Shown here piece after piece: positions 1-9,590 of a stretch of 64,000 nucleotides of DNA. A program made the position numbers and the translations under genes. The stretch is from an uncultured Microthrixaceae bacterium (GTDB taxonomy: Bacteria > Actinomycetota > Acidimicrobiia > Acidimicrobiales > DATDAH01), in NCBI GenBank assembly GCA_963823495.1, contig CAWGLV010000001.1, positions 3,372,561-3,436,560 on the forward strand, in the 5' to 3' direction. Positions within the stretch are counted from its first letter, which is position 1. Every line of letters starts with the position of its first letter. The notes beneath the pieces are model-generated. The model was given only the letters and a program-made list of their open reading frames with translations, did no database searches and was not told the DNA's origin.

Positions 1-337
1 CGGTGATGATCAGCGTCACGACGGTGGTGATCAGGAACTTCTGACCGAGGTCGCCCTCGGTGAAGGCCCGCTGGAACACGTCCCACTGGGGCTCGACGAG
101 GGTGACGGGCTGACCGGCGTCGATGTACGCGATCGGCGTGGACAGGGCCCGGACCAACGTCATCCAGATGGGGAAGAGCACGACGAGGGAGATGCCGCCG
201 AGCAGCAGGTACCAACCCGCCAACTTGAGCCCCCGGGTCCGGCGTCCAGGCCGGTCGGTGCCGACGACCGTGCGGCCGCCGAGGACGACCGAGTCGACCT
301 CCAGCTCCAGGTCCGGAGTCGTCGCGTCAGCGGCCAT
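1..337 (-). CDS. Carbohydrate ABC transporter permease (UgpE/MalG-like), runs off the window
   Basis: ATG at 337 overlaps the stop of the upstream permease; translation MAADATTPDL...WYLLLGGISLVVLFPIWMTLVRALST is a typical MalG/UgpE N-terminal TM segment; not in the ORF track. Confidence 0.8.
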   Translation of the reverse strand, partial: MAADATTPDLELEVDSVVLGGRTVVGTDRPGRRTRGLKLAGWYLLLGGISLVVLFPIWMTLVRALSTPIAYIDAGQPVTLVEPQWDVFQRAFTEGDLGQKFLITTVVTLIIT

Positions 338-1190
338 AGTGCACCCGCCGCTCCAGGATGAGGAACTGGCCCAGGGCCACGATGAAGGTGATCCCGAACA
401 GTCCCACCGCCATGACCGAGCCGACACCGAGGTCACTCGGCGCCTGGCGCTGGAAGATCTTGTAGACCAGGGTCTCGGTGGACCCGGCGGGGCCGCCCGA
501 GGTGAGGATGTCGATCTGGGCGAAGGCCTGGAAGGCGAAGACGGTCAGCACCACCACCAGGAAGAGCAGCGTCGGCGCCAGCAGCGGCAGGGTGACGGTG
601 AAGAAGCGGCGGGTGGCGCTCATGCCGTCGATGGTGGCGGCCTCCATCAGCTCGTCGGGGACGGCCTGCAGGCCGGCCAGCACGATGATGAAGGTCAGTC
701 CGAGGTTCTGCCAGACCGACGAGAGCGACACGCCGAAGAGCGCTCCGCCCGGCCCGCGGCTGGGGTCCGAGAGCCAGTCGACCGGGAAGTAGCCCTGGGT
801 CGGGTTGATCAGCACCAGCCAGATGACCGAGGCCACCGCCACCGAGGTGGCCACCGTCGAGCTGAAGATGGTGTGGAAGACCTTGATGCCCTTGAGCCGG
901 CGGTGGGCGGCCATGGCCAGCGCGACGCCCAGGACCAGGCCCGCGGGCACCGTGTAGACGACGTAGAGCAGCGTCGTCTCGAGGCCGTCGAGGAACTCGT
1001 TGCCCGTGAGGACGTCCTGGTACTGGCTCCAGCCCACCCAGCGCATCTCGGTGCCCAACCGGTTCTGCTGGAAGAAGCCCCAGTAGACGATGCGGATGAT
1101 CGGGTAGAAGAAGAAGGCTCCGAAGATGACCAGTGAGGGAGCGAGGAAGGCCGCGGCCAGGCCCGACTCCTTGAGGCGGCCCGACCGCAT
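327..1190 (-). CDS. Sugar/glycerol-3-phosphate ABC transporter permease (UgpA-like)
   Basis: Multi-TM protein with EAA loop (ELMEAATIDG) and FLAPSL N-terminal motif. Confidence 0.9.
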   Translation of the reverse strand: MRSGRLKESGLAAAFLAPSLVIFGAFFFYPIIRIVYWGFFQQNRLGTEMRWVGWSQYQDVLTGNEFLDGLETTLLYVVYTVPAGLVLGVALAMAAHRRLKGIKVFHTIFSSTVATSVAVASVIWLVLINPTQGYFPVDWLSDPSRGPGGALFGVSLSSVWQNLGLTFIIVLAGLQAVPDELMEAATIDGMSATRRFFTVTLPLLAPTLLFLVVVLTVFAFQAFAQIDILTSGGPAGSTETLVYKIFQRQAPSDLGVGSVMAVGLFGITFIVALGQFLILERRVHYGR

Positions 1191-2299
1191 CAGTTGACCC
1201 GCTCGGTGCTCTCGAGGTCGAAGAGGTGCACGTGCTCGGGCTTGACCAGCAGCTCGACCCGGTCGCCCGCCGCGGGGGGCGACGCCTCAGAGGACTGGCG
1301 GCAGATGATGTTGTTGCCGCCGAGATCCACGAAGAGGTGACGCTCGTGGCCGAGGGACTCGACCACCCTCACCACACCCCGGAGGCCGCCGGTGCCGAGG
1401 ACCAGGTGCTCGGGTCGGATGCCGACGGTGAGCCGTCGACCTTCGGACAACGGCCGGCCGCTGCTGACCGCCGCCGGGATCGAGCCGGACTCACCGAGGT
1501 CGATCGTCGCCTCGGTGCTGGAGGCGGCGCTGACCGTGCCCTCGACCACGTCCATCGGCGGGCTGCCGATGAAGCGGGCCACGAACAGGTTCTGGGGCCG
1601 GTCATAGACGCTCTGGGGTGGGCCGACCTGCTGGAGGCGACCGTCGGCTATGACCGCGATCCGGTCGGCCATGGTCATCGCCTCGATCTGGTCGTGGGTG
1701 ACGTAGATGAACGTGGTGGCCAACTGCTGGTGGAGCTGCACCAGCTCGACCCGGGTCTGGGCCCGGAGCTTGGCGTCGAGGTTCGACAGCGGCTCGTCCA
1801 TGAGGAAGGCCTCCGGCCGCCGGACAATGGCCCGAGCCAGGGCCACCCGCTGACGCTGGCCGCCGGACAGGGCGCCGGGCTTGCGGTCGAGGTAGTCGCC
1901 GAGACCGAGGATGCGGGCGGCCTCCTCGACCCGCTCGACCCGCTCGGCGCCGGTGAGCTTGCGGGGCTCGCCGCCGTCCACGGAGTACTTGCGGGCCTTG
2001 AGCGGGACCTCGATGTTCGCCCGCACGGTCATGTGCGGGTAGAGGGCGTAGCTCTGGAAGACCATGGCGATGTCGCGGTCCTTGGCCTCGATGTCGTTGA
2101 CCACCTGGTCGCCGATGCGCAGCGTCCCGTCGGTCACCGTCTCGAGACCGGCGATCATGCGCAGGGCGGTGGTCTTGCCACACCCCGAGGGCCCGAGCAG
2201 GACCATGAACTCCTGGTCGGCGATGTCCAGGGTCAGCGAGTCGACCGCGGTCACCTCACCGAAGCGCTTGCTCACCGCCTCGAAGACGACCTCACTCAT
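1190..2299 (-). CDS. Sugar ABC transporter ATP-binding protein (UgpC/MalK-like)
   Basis: Walker A GPSGCGKT, signature LSGGQRQR, Walker B FLMDEP, C-terminal TOBE-like region; start placed at MSEVVF after a GGAG RBS. Confidence 0.95.
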   Translation of the reverse strand: MSEVVFEAVSKRFGEVTAVDSLTLDIADQEFMVLLGPSGCGKTTALRMIAGLETVTDGTLRIGDQVVNDIEAKDRDIAMVFQSYALYPHMTVRANIEVPLKARKYSVDGGEPRKLTGAERVERVEEAARILGLGDYLDRKPGALSGGQRQRVALARAIVRRPEAFLMDEPLSNLDAKLRAQTRVELVQLHQQLATTFIYVTHDQIEAMTMADRIAVIADGRLQQVGPPQSVYDRPQNLFVARFIGSPPMDVVEGTVSAASSTEATIDLGESGSIPAAVSSGRPLSEGRRLTVGIRPEHLVLGTGGLRGVVRVVESLGHERHLFVDLGGNNIICRQSSEASPPAAGDRVELLVKPEHVHLFDLESTERVN

Positions 2300-2436
2300 G
2301 TGGTCTTCTCCTTGCGATCGCCATCCACGAGCACCGTAGGCGGCGCGGATGGCGCACGGGGAACGCATCGGTGAACCAGAGCCGTCGCCGGTGGGGCGAG
2401 GGTTCGTCGACGGATCGTGGCCGGTACGGTCGGTCG

Positions 2437-3414
2437 ATGGCTCCGGCGGTGCCCTCGGTCCGGACGTTGGTCGCAGTGGCGACCGTCGCGGTGGCCGCTC
2501 TCCTGGCCCGCGGCAGCCTCCTGTCGGCGGACTTCGACCTCCAGGACCTCGTCCCCGAGCCACCTGCGGTCCGGGACCTCTCCGCCTATGAGGGCCTCGG
2601 CACCTGGATCGACGCCTTCGACTACGGGCCGGCCTACTCCGGAGGTGAACCCGCGGTGACCCCTGACGACGTCGACGCCATGGCCGATTCCGGCGTGCGC
2701 ACCCTCTACATCCAGGCCAACCGGGACGACGAGCGGTCCCCCGACGGCTTCGTCGACCGGGACCTGCTCGACGAGTTCGTGATCCGGGCCCACGAGCGGG
2801 ACATGGCGGTCGTCGGCTGGTACCTGCCCACCTTCGCGGACGTGGCCACCGACCTCGGCCACCTGGAGGACCTGCTCGACTACGAGATCGACGGCCACCG
2901 CCTGGATGGGATCGGCGTGGACATCGAGTACACCGAGGCCGTCCCTGACACCCGCCGCCGCAACGCCCGGCTGCTGACCCTGTCCCGGAGGCTGGATCGG
3001 GCCGCAGGCCCGACCCCGATCAGCGCCATCGTCCTGCCCCCCGTGCTCACCGAGGTGGTGAGTCCGGACTTCTGGCCCGAGTTCCCCTGGGCGGAGCTGG
3101 AGCCGCACTACGACATCTGGCTGCCGATGAGCTACTGGACCCAGCGGACCGAGGCCTCGGGCTACAACGACGGCGCGCGGTACCAGGCCGAGAGCCAGCG
3201 GCGCCTGCTGGCCAACCTCGGCAACCCCGACGCGGTCGTCCACGGCATCGGCGGGATCGGCGACGCCACCCGGGCCGAGGACCTGGTGGCCTTCACCGCG
3301 ACGCTGGCCGCCAGTGGCGCCGTGGGCGGCTCGGTCTATGACTGGGCCACCCTCAGCGACAGCAACATCGCGCTGCTCAATCGCCTCTTTGCCGACTGGC
3401 CCGAGGTCGAGTGA
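2437..3414 (+). CDS. Secreted/membrane-anchored glycoside-hydrolase-like TIM-barrel protein
   Basis: N-terminal hydrophobic segment; LDGIGVDIE resembles the GH18-type DxxDxDxE motif; PMSYW motif. Confidence 0.55.
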   Translation: MAPAVPSVRTLVAVATVAVAALLARGSLLSADFDLQDLVPEPPAVRDLSAYEGLGTWIDAFDYGPAYSGGEPAVTPDDVDAMADSGVRTLYIQANRDDERSPDGFVDRDLLDEFVIRAHERDMAVVGWYLPTFADVATDLGHLEDLLDYEIDGHRLDGIGVDIEYTEAVPDTRRRNARLLTLSRRLDRAAGPTPISAIVLPPVLTEVVSPDFWPEFPWAELEPHYDIWLPMSYWTQRTEASGYNDGARYQAESQRRLLANLGNPDAVVHGIGGIGDATRAEDLVAFTATLAASGAVGGSVYDWATLSDSNIALLNRLFADWPEVE

Positions 3415-3472
3415 ACCCCCCTTTCCGGGCCAACACCGTGGTGTCCCCGACACGGCAGTCGACCGGCAACGG

Positions 3473-4354
3473 TCATTCGGCGAGGAGCTCCCACCGCGCG
3501 AGGACGTCGCGCACGCCGGCCACGACGGGGTCCGACAACAGGACGTCGAGCTCGGCCAGGTAGTCGTCCAGCAGCGGGAAGCCCGCGGTGACCCACCGGG
3601 CGAACATGCCGTCGTCCATCCACGCCGCAGCCTCGGGGTCCAGGCCCTCCAGGGCCCACTCCCCGGCCGCCGCAGCCCGGCGCAGGTGGGGCCAGTCCCG
3701 GGCTTGGCCGAAGACCCGCCCGAGGCGGACCAGGCGATGCGCGGCCTCCTCGACCAGATCCGGTTCGCGCTCGACCACCATCTCGATCGCCGGGTGGGCC
3801 CGCGCGGCGGCAACCAGGTCGGTCAGCCGCTCGCCCCGGGCCGCCCGGGCCAACAGCCCGTCGAGCCACAGCAGGGCCCAGAGCCCGGTGGACCCCTCAG
3901 GAGGCGGGGCGGTGGCCAGGCCGAGGGCCCGCCGGCAGACATCGACCAGCCGACCCTGGCCGTCGGCGCCGCCGACGACCGGCTCCTCACCCGCGTGGCG
4001 CAGGACCGAGGCCGCTGCGCCGTGACGGTCGACCACGTGGGTCAGGCGGATGGGCCGGGCGTCCGACGAGCGGTCATCGAGGGCCCACGAGCGACCGCGC
4101 ACGACAACGGCCATGGCCTCCCAGGTCGCCGGGGCGTCGAAGCCGACGAGGGAGGCCACGAGGTCGGCGGGGTCCGTGCCCGAGGACCCCGGGACGGTGG
4201 CGGGCGGATTGACATCGTCCACCCCCTGGTCGGTGAGGCCGATCAGGAGCGGCGGGGTGCCCCAGCCGGCCTCTTCGGCCATGGCGTCGAGGCGAAGGGC
4301 AATGCCCTCCAGATCGGGGGTCGGACGGGTACGGGTACGGCAGGTGCGGGCCAC
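3473..4354 (-). CDS. Hypothetical protein
   Basis: 293-aa ORF with normal codon bias filling the gap; no recognised motif. Confidence 0.6.
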   Translation of the reverse strand: MARTCRTRTRPTPDLEGIALRLDAMAEEAGWGTPPLLIGLTDQGVDDVNPPATVPGSSGTDPADLVASLVGFDAPATWEAMAVVVRGRSWALDDRSSDARPIRLTHVVDRHGAAASVLRHAGEEPVVGGADGQGRLVDVCRRALGLATAPPPEGSTGLWALLWLDGLLARAARGERLTDLVAAARAHPAIEMVVEREPDLVEEAAHRLVRLGRVFGQARDWPHLRRAAAAGEWALEGLDPEAAAWMDDGMFARWVTAGFPLLDDYLAELDVLLSDPVVAGVRDVLARWELLAE

Positions 4355-4510
4355 GGTGGCCTCCGGTGCACGGTGGCCCCCCTGCGGGAGGCCCTTCGAT
4401 GGCGCCCGTCAGGCCGGAGCGCGAGCCAGACCCGATTCTGCCGGAAGACTGGGACAGCGTCGACGCAATCCGGTTGACGGCGGTGACGGCTTGGCATTGA
4501 CCTGTGCGCC

Positions 4511-5419
4511 GTGGTCATCCCCCGCATGCACGACGAGGAGGTCGAGGTCGACGACTCGGTCGTGGCCCGCCTCCTCGGCGCTCAGGCCCCGCGTCTGGCC
4601 CACCTCCCTCTTCGGCGGATCGACACCTGGGGCACCGACCACGTCGTCTTCCGGCTGGGTGGGGAACTGTCGGTCCGAGTACCGAAGATCATGTGGGCGG
4701 CTCGCCAGGGCGAGAAGGAGCAGCGGTGGTTGGGGGTGCTCGCGCCGCACCTGACGGTCGAGGTGCCGGTACCGGTCGTCGTCGGCGAGCCCGGCTTCGG
4801 CTACCCGTACCGCTGGTACGTGTCGCCATGGCTGGACGGGGTGAACCCGGCGCCGGACGGCCCGACCGACCAGTCCCGACTCGCCCGGGACCTCGCGGCG
4901 TTCGTCAACGCCCTCCAGGCCGTCGACACCACGGGAGCACCGGAGCCCAGCGGCGGTCGCCGGGGCGGGCCGTTGGCGGCGGCCGACCCGATCACCCGGG
5001 AACGGGCCGAGGACCTGCGGGGCGAGGCCGACGTCGACGCGATGATCGCGGTCTGGGACGCCGGGCTCGCCGCCTCGGCCTGGGACGGCCCGTCCCGCTG
5101 GGTCCACGGCGACCTGTCCGACGGCAACCTGCTGGTGCGCGACGGGCGGCTGAGCGGGGTCATCGACTGGGGTGGCCTCGTCGCCGGCGACCCGGCGGTG
5201 GAACTGATGGCGGCCTGGAACCTGTTCGAGGCCCCCGCCCGGGACGCCTACCGCGAGGCCCTGGGGTTCGTGGACGACGCCATGTGGCTGCGAGGCCGGG
5301 CCTGGGCCGTCTCCGCCGCCCTGTTGGCCCTCCCCTACTACCGGCACACCAACCCCGACATCTGCACCCGGTCCTGGCGGGCCATCCGGTCGGCCCTGGG
5401 CGACGTCGCTCGGGACTGA
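4511..5419 (+). CDS. Aminoglycoside phosphotransferase family protein
   Basis: Brenner motif HGDLSDGN, VIDWG, GDPAVEL, GTDHVVFRLG N-terminus. Confidence 0.85.
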   Translation: MVIPRMHDEEVEVDDSVVARLLGAQAPRLAHLPLRRIDTWGTDHVVFRLGGELSVRVPKIMWAARQGEKEQRWLGVLAPHLTVEVPVPVVVGEPGFGYPYRWYVSPWLDGVNPAPDGPTDQSRLARDLAAFVNALQAVDTTGAPEPSGGRRGGPLAAADPITRERAEDLRGEADVDAMIAVWDAGLAASAWDGPSRWVHGDLSDGNLLVRDGRLSGVIDWGGLVAGDPAVELMAAWNLFEAPARDAYREALGFVDDAMWLRGRAWAVSAALLALPYYRHTNPDICTRSWRAIRSALGDVARD

Positions 5420-5524
5420 GCCGGCAGCGACAACGTCACCAGAGTGCGGGGGCTGGTCACGCTCACGGCGACCAGGTCGGGCCAGATCAGGAGCCGGGAC
5501 GGAGCAGGCTGGCACACTGCTCAG

Positions 5525-6514
5525 ATGCCGGCGCTGAAGACCGAGGTCACCGAGATCGTGACCGGGCTGGCGATGTGCGGGCGAGCCGATCTGGACATCG
5601 CCCTCCAGCACCGACCGCCGGAACTGCGCAACGTCGACGACGCCACGTGGGGACGCATCACCACGGCGTGGGAACAGCGCGAGCTCGGCCAGGAGTTCTT
5701 CGCCGCCTGGGCCAACGGGTTCGCGTTCCTCAAGGCCCGCAGTGGCCTTCGGGGCAAGGCACCGCTGCGGGTCGAGTGGAAGGGGCCGCACAAGCCGCCC
5801 GGGGACGAGAGGGTGCCGGCCGACCTGCGCATCGACCACGTCTACCTGGTCAGCTGCAAGTACCTGTCGTCGATCCTGCACAACGCCTCGCCGTCGGCGC
5901 TGTTCGACCACCGCCTCGGCGCAACCGAGGCGCGGGTCGCCAACTGGTACGCCGAGGTGGCGCCGGCCGAGTTCCAGGCGCTCTACGAGGCCGTGCGCAA
6001 CGATGCCCTCCCGGCCCGGGCCACCGAGATGACCCGTGACGAACGTCGGGCACTGAGCGAGGGCCTCAAGGCCGGCTGGCCGGCCGGCGCCCTGGCGCGG
6101 TACGCGGAACTGACGACGGTCGTCGCCGAGGCGTCGGCCAAGCGCTGGCGGCACCAGCTCGGCCGGGCCCTGGCCCGGGAGGAGATGGCCTGGCGGCTCC
6201 TGCGCCTGCAGGCGGCGCCGTACTTCGTCCTGGGCACGACCGAGGGAGCGACGCTGCGGGTCCGGGTGGGGACACCCTGGGACTGGCGCCAGCGCTTCGA
6301 CCTGAAGGCCTTCGACGTCGCCGCCGAGCCGGGCGGCCAGCCCCGGGTGTCGTGGAGGCTCGAGGTCCACGACCGCGAGACAGGCGAGGATCGGGCCGCC
6401 GCCGGCCACGTCGAGGTCCGCTGGAGCCACGGTCGCTTCGGCCAACCCCCCGAGGCCAAGGTCTACCTCGACACCCCCCACCGCGACGTCCCCGGCTACT
6501 TCCCGCTCGACTGA
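5525..6514 (+). CDS. Hypothetical protein, possible PD-(D/E)xK restriction-endonuclease-like fold
   Basis: PADLRIDHVYLVSCK resembles the AD...SxK variant of the catalytic motif; no adjacent methyltransferase. Confidence 0.5.
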   Translation: MPALKTEVTEIVTGLAMCGRADLDIALQHRPPELRNVDDATWGRITTAWEQRELGQEFFAAWANGFAFLKARSGLRGKAPLRVEWKGPHKPPGDERVPADLRIDHVYLVSCKYLSSILHNASPSALFDHRLGATEARVANWYAEVAPAEFQALYEAVRNDALPARATEMTRDERRALSEGLKAGWPAGALARYAELTTVVAEASAKRWRHQLGRALAREEMAWRLLRLQAAPYFVLGTTEGATLRVRVGTPWDWRQRFDLKAFDVAAEPGGQPRVSWRLEVHDRETGEDRAAAGHVEVRWSHGRFGQPPEAKVYLDTPHRDVPGYFPLD

Positions 6515-6516
6515 CC

Positions 6517-6628
6517 GTTCTGGTCACGAGCCATGCCTCCCGGCGCGCACATCTCGTCACGAGAACCAACACCCCACCATTCCGGTCACGAGACATGCCA
6601 CCCCACGCGCACATCCCGTCACCAGAAC
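6517..6628. repeat. Tandem pair of 50-bp hairpin elements (6517-6566, 6579-6628)
   Basis: GTTCTGGTCACGAG...CTCGTCACGAGAAC and ATTCCGGTCACGAG...CCGTCACCAGAAC; each 50 bp. Confidence 0.8.
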
Positions 6629-6634
6629 GAGGGG

Positions 6635-7309
6635 TCAGACGGCGGGGCGGCGGCCCTGTTCGATGCCATCGAGCCTCGCCCGGAGGCGGTCGGGGGCGCC
6701 GAGGTCCAGCGGCTCGTCAAAATCCTCGAGGGCGACGGTGAGGGCCAGACGGCCGGGGCCGTGCTCGATCTCGATGAGCTGGGCCTCGATGGGGAGCCGC
6801 GGCAGCGGCAGGCTGCCCGTGAGGGCCTCACCGAGGCCGGCCGGCAGGGTGCGGCCGATGGCCCTGATCGGTCGCAACCGCATCGCGCCGTCCTCCCGGA
6901 CGGCCACCTCGGTGAGCACCTTGCCCATGCGCAGCGGGCCGACGCCGGCGCTGGACACGATGCCCTCGTCGGTCAGCTCCAGACGGAACGGGAGGCTGGC
7001 CCGACCGGTCCACTCGTCGACCCGCTCCTGTTCGACGGTCAGCTTCGCCGTCACCGGACCGCCCACCAGCCGGGGCTCCAGCGAGGGGTCGACGCGGGCG
7101 TTCTCGATGCGGACGATGCCCTTGTTGATCGTGAGTCCCGCCACCCGCAGGTCCTCGACGCCGATGGTGAGCAGGCGAACCCGGCCCCGCAGCAGGTCGA
7201 GAGGGGCGCCGTCCCAGCGCACGCTCGCCGACCGACCGGTCACCCGGGCCGCCACCTGGTCGATTGCCCAGTGCAGCGGCGCCAGCAGTGGCGAGGTCGG
7301 TGCAGCCAT
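6635..7309 (-). CDS. LmeA/DUF2993-like protein
   Basis: PLDLLRGRVRLLTIGVEDLRV and PLPRLPIEAQLIEIEHGPGRL patterns typical of DUF2993; resembles 59635..60435. Confidence 0.5.
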   Translation of the reverse strand: MAAPTSPLLAPLHWAIDQVAARVTGRSASVRWDGAPLDLLRGRVRLLTIGVEDLRVAGLTINKGIVRIENARVDPSLEPRLVGGPVTAKLTVEQERVDEWTGRASLPFRLELTDEGIVSSAGVGPLRMGKVLTEVAVREDGAMRLRPIRAIGRTLPAGLGEALTGSLPLPRLPIEAQLIEIEHGPGRLALTVALEDFDEPLDLGAPDRLRARLDGIEQGRRPAV

Positions 7310-7345
7310 CAGACCGAGGCTACGACCGGCTCGCCCGACGACCGT

Positions 7346-8008
7346 TCAGCGCGACGCCACAAGGAGGATGTGGACGTGGCGGGGTCCGTGGACGCCGAGG
7401 GTGAGGATCTGCTCGACGTCGCCCGTGCGGCTCGGGCCGCCGACGAGGACGAGCGACGACGGCGCCCCGGACGCGAGGGGGCCGAAGACGTCGCAGGGAG
7501 TGGCCACCAGTTGGTCCTCGCCGAGGACACCGACGTGGACCGGCGGGAGCAGGCCGGCCGCCCGGGACCCGGCGACGGAGGCGTCCAGCACCAGCGAGCC
7601 GGTGGCCGCGATCCCCGCCACCGCCCCGGTGAGACCGAGCTCAGCCGCGGCCGCGACCTCCGGTGAGTAGGGGGCGACGACCAGCCCGGCCCCGGTGAGG
7701 GCGGACGCCAGGGGCTCGAGCTGGGGTTCGGCGCTGCGGACCACGGTCGTGACCTCGTGCCCCCGGGCCAGGTCGACGACGCGGCGGCCGACGTCGGCCG
7801 GCCCGACCCGGTGAACGACGGCGTCCACTGCAGTGGCCATGGCGACGAAGCTGCCGACCAGGTCGTCGGGGTCCAGCGCCGCGAAGCGCACCCTCGGCGG
7901 CACCGCCGTCGGCGTCGGGGGAGCGTGCACCGGGTTGGCGTGCACGCCACCCGCCAGCCGGCGGCGAGCGCCGGCCAGGAAGGCCTGCCGATCGCCCGTT
8001 TCAGCCAT
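7346..8008 (-). CDS. lutC: Lactate utilization protein C (LUD domain)
   Basis: AIA/GIAATGSLV, SLLPP-like GLLPPVHV, GPSRTGDVEQILTLGVHGP; follows lutB. Confidence 0.88.
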   Translation of the reverse strand: MAETGDRQAFLAGARRRLAGGVHANPVHAPPTPTAVPPRVRFAALDPDDLVGSFVAMATAVDAVVHRVGPADVGRRVVDLARGHEVTTVVRSAEPQLEPLASALTGAGLVVAPYSPEVAAAAELGLTGAVAGIAATGSLVLDASVAGSRAAGLLPPVHVGVLGEDQLVATPCDVFGPLASGAPSSLVLVGGPSRTGDVEQILTLGVHGPRHVHILLVASR

Positions 8009-8038
8009 GCCCACCGCCACCGCCACCGCCACCGAATC

Positions 8039-8087
8039 GAAATTGCGTTGATTGGTCACGCCTGGCGTGACCAATCAACGCAGTTTC
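8039..8087. repeat. 49-bp palindromic element
   Basis: GAAATTGCGTTGATTGGTCACGCC-T-GGCGTGACCAATCAACGCAGTTTC. Confidence 0.9.
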
Positions 8088-8131
8088 AGATGGGAAACGA
8101 GGGCGGTGAACCCCGCGCGGGCTCGACAGGG

Positions 8132-9505
8132 TCACACCTCACCCGCCTTCCAGCGGGTGTGGAACGGGCGGCGGACGGGCGTCAACGGGCTCCGGGCCGC
8201 CGACCAGCGGCGGGCCAGGGGAGACAGGCCGGCACCCCACTTGGCCGCCCTGGCCGACGCCCGGTAGCCCCGAGCCGACGACCACGCCGTCGCCCACGCG
8301 GCCCACGCCGCCCGTTCTCCCGCGCCGGCGTCCTCGGCTTGATCGCGCCGGAGGGACAGCAGGAGGTCCTGCAGGGGGATCTGCACCGGGCACGCGTCCA
8401 TGCAGGCGCCGCACAGGGTCGAGGCACCGCTCAGGTCGTCGGCTCCGTCGGTCATCAGCGGGCTCAGCACCGCACCCATCGGCCCGCTGTAGACCCAGCC
8501 GTAGGCGTGGCCGCCGGTCTGGCGGAACACCGGACAGACGTTCAGGCAGGCGCCGCAGCGGATGCAGCCGAGCATCTCGTGGTACTCACCGGCCAGCAGA
8601 TCGCTGCGCCCGTTGTCGAGGATGACCACGTGCAGCTCATCGGGGCCGTCGGCCTCACCGTCCTGTCGGGGCCCGGTCGTGATGCTGGTGTAGGAGCTCA
8701 GCGGCTGACCGCTGGCCGAGCGGGCCAGCAGGTTGACCATCAGGTCGAGCTGGGCCCAGTCGGCCACCAGCCGCTCCATGCCGAGGACGACGACCTGGAC
8801 CCGGGGCAGCGAGGTGGCCAGGCGCCCGTTGCCCTCGTTGGTCACCAGGACGATCGAACCGGTCTCGGCCACGGCGAAGTTGGCTCCGGTGATGCCGACG
8901 TCGGCGGCGATGAAGCGGGGCCGCAGCGCCGCCCGGGCGAAGGCGGCGATGGCCTCGGGGTCGGCGGCGAGCTCCCCGGGATCGGCGCGGGCCCGGTCGA
9001 CGAGGACGTCACGGATCGTGTGCCGGTCCCGGTGCAGGGCCGGGATGATGATGTGGCTCGGCGTCTCCCCGGCCAGTTGGATGACCCACTCCCCCAGGTC
9101 CGTCTCGACCACCTCGCAGCCGGCGTCGGCCAGGGCCACATTGAGGCCGATCTCCTCGGTGGCCATCGACTTCGACTTCACGACCTTGCCGCCCGCCTGA
9201 ACGGCGACGTCAGTGACGTAGCGGCTGGCGTCGGCGGCGGTCGGGGCCCAACACACGTGGCCGCCGTCGGCCAGGACCCGGTCGGCGAACTGCTCCAACA
9301 GGTCGGGGAGCCGCGCCAGCACGTCGGCCTTCACGGCCCGCGCCGCCCGACGCAGCCCGTCGGCGTCCTCCAGGCCGGCCAGGCCCTCGGTCCGCTTGTC
9401 GCCGAACCGGTCCACCGCCGCGGTCACCCGCCCGTGGAGCGCCCGGTCGCCGACCGCGGCCGATGCCCGCTCCCGGAACGTCCCCTCGACCGCGTGCCCG
9501 CTCAC
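8132..9505 (-). CDS. lutB: Lactate utilization protein B (LutB/LldF Fe-S protein)
   Basis: KSKSM, ETDLGE, PSHIIIPA, TNEGN, CIRCGACLNVCP and CGACMDACPV ferredoxin motifs. Confidence 0.93.
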   Translation of the reverse strand: MSGHAVEGTFRERASAAVGDRALHGRVTAAVDRFGDKRTEGLAGLEDADGLRRAARAVKADVLARLPDLLEQFADRVLADGGHVCWAPTAADASRYVTDVAVQAGGKVVKSKSMATEEIGLNVALADAGCEVVETDLGEWVIQLAGETPSHIIIPALHRDRHTIRDVLVDRARADPGELAADPEAIAAFARAALRPRFIAADVGITGANFAVAETGSIVLVTNEGNGRLATSLPRVQVVVLGMERLVADWAQLDLMVNLLARSASGQPLSSYTSITTGPRQDGEADGPDELHVVILDNGRSDLLAGEYHEMLGCIRCGACLNVCPVFRQTGGHAYGWVYSGPMGAVLSPLMTDGADDLSGASTLCGACMDACPVQIPLQDLLLSLRRDQAEDAGAGERAAWAAWATAWSSARGYRASARAAKWGAGLSPLARRWSAARSPLTPVRRPFHTRWKAGEV

Positions 9506-9526
9506 ACCCGTCCCCCACCCGCTCCG

Positions 9527-9576
9527 GTTCTGGGCCGTCCCCTCTGTCCCCCACAACAGAGGGGAAGGCCCAGAAC
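9527..9576. repeat. 50-bp hairpin element
   Basis: GTTCTGGGCC...GGCCCAGAAC with internal CCCCTCTGT/ACAGAGGGG stem. Confidence 0.85.
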
Positions 9577-9590
9577 GGATCGGGGGTGGG

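Noticed and set aside
3420-4480. Possible further hairpin-family copies at ~3422-3471 and ~4434-4475
   Set aside because: End motifs and pairing are too degenerate to assign by eye
4511-5419. APH as a bona fide antibiotic resistance gene
   Set aside because: Only family-level kinase motifs are present; this broad actinobacterial family has no demonstrable substrate from sequence, and there is no mobile context
8011-8034. (CCACCG)x4 microsatellite just upstream of lutC as a phase-variation switch
   Set aside because: Short, unit length is a multiple of 3, GC-rich, and plausible by chance or slippage; no evidence of variability
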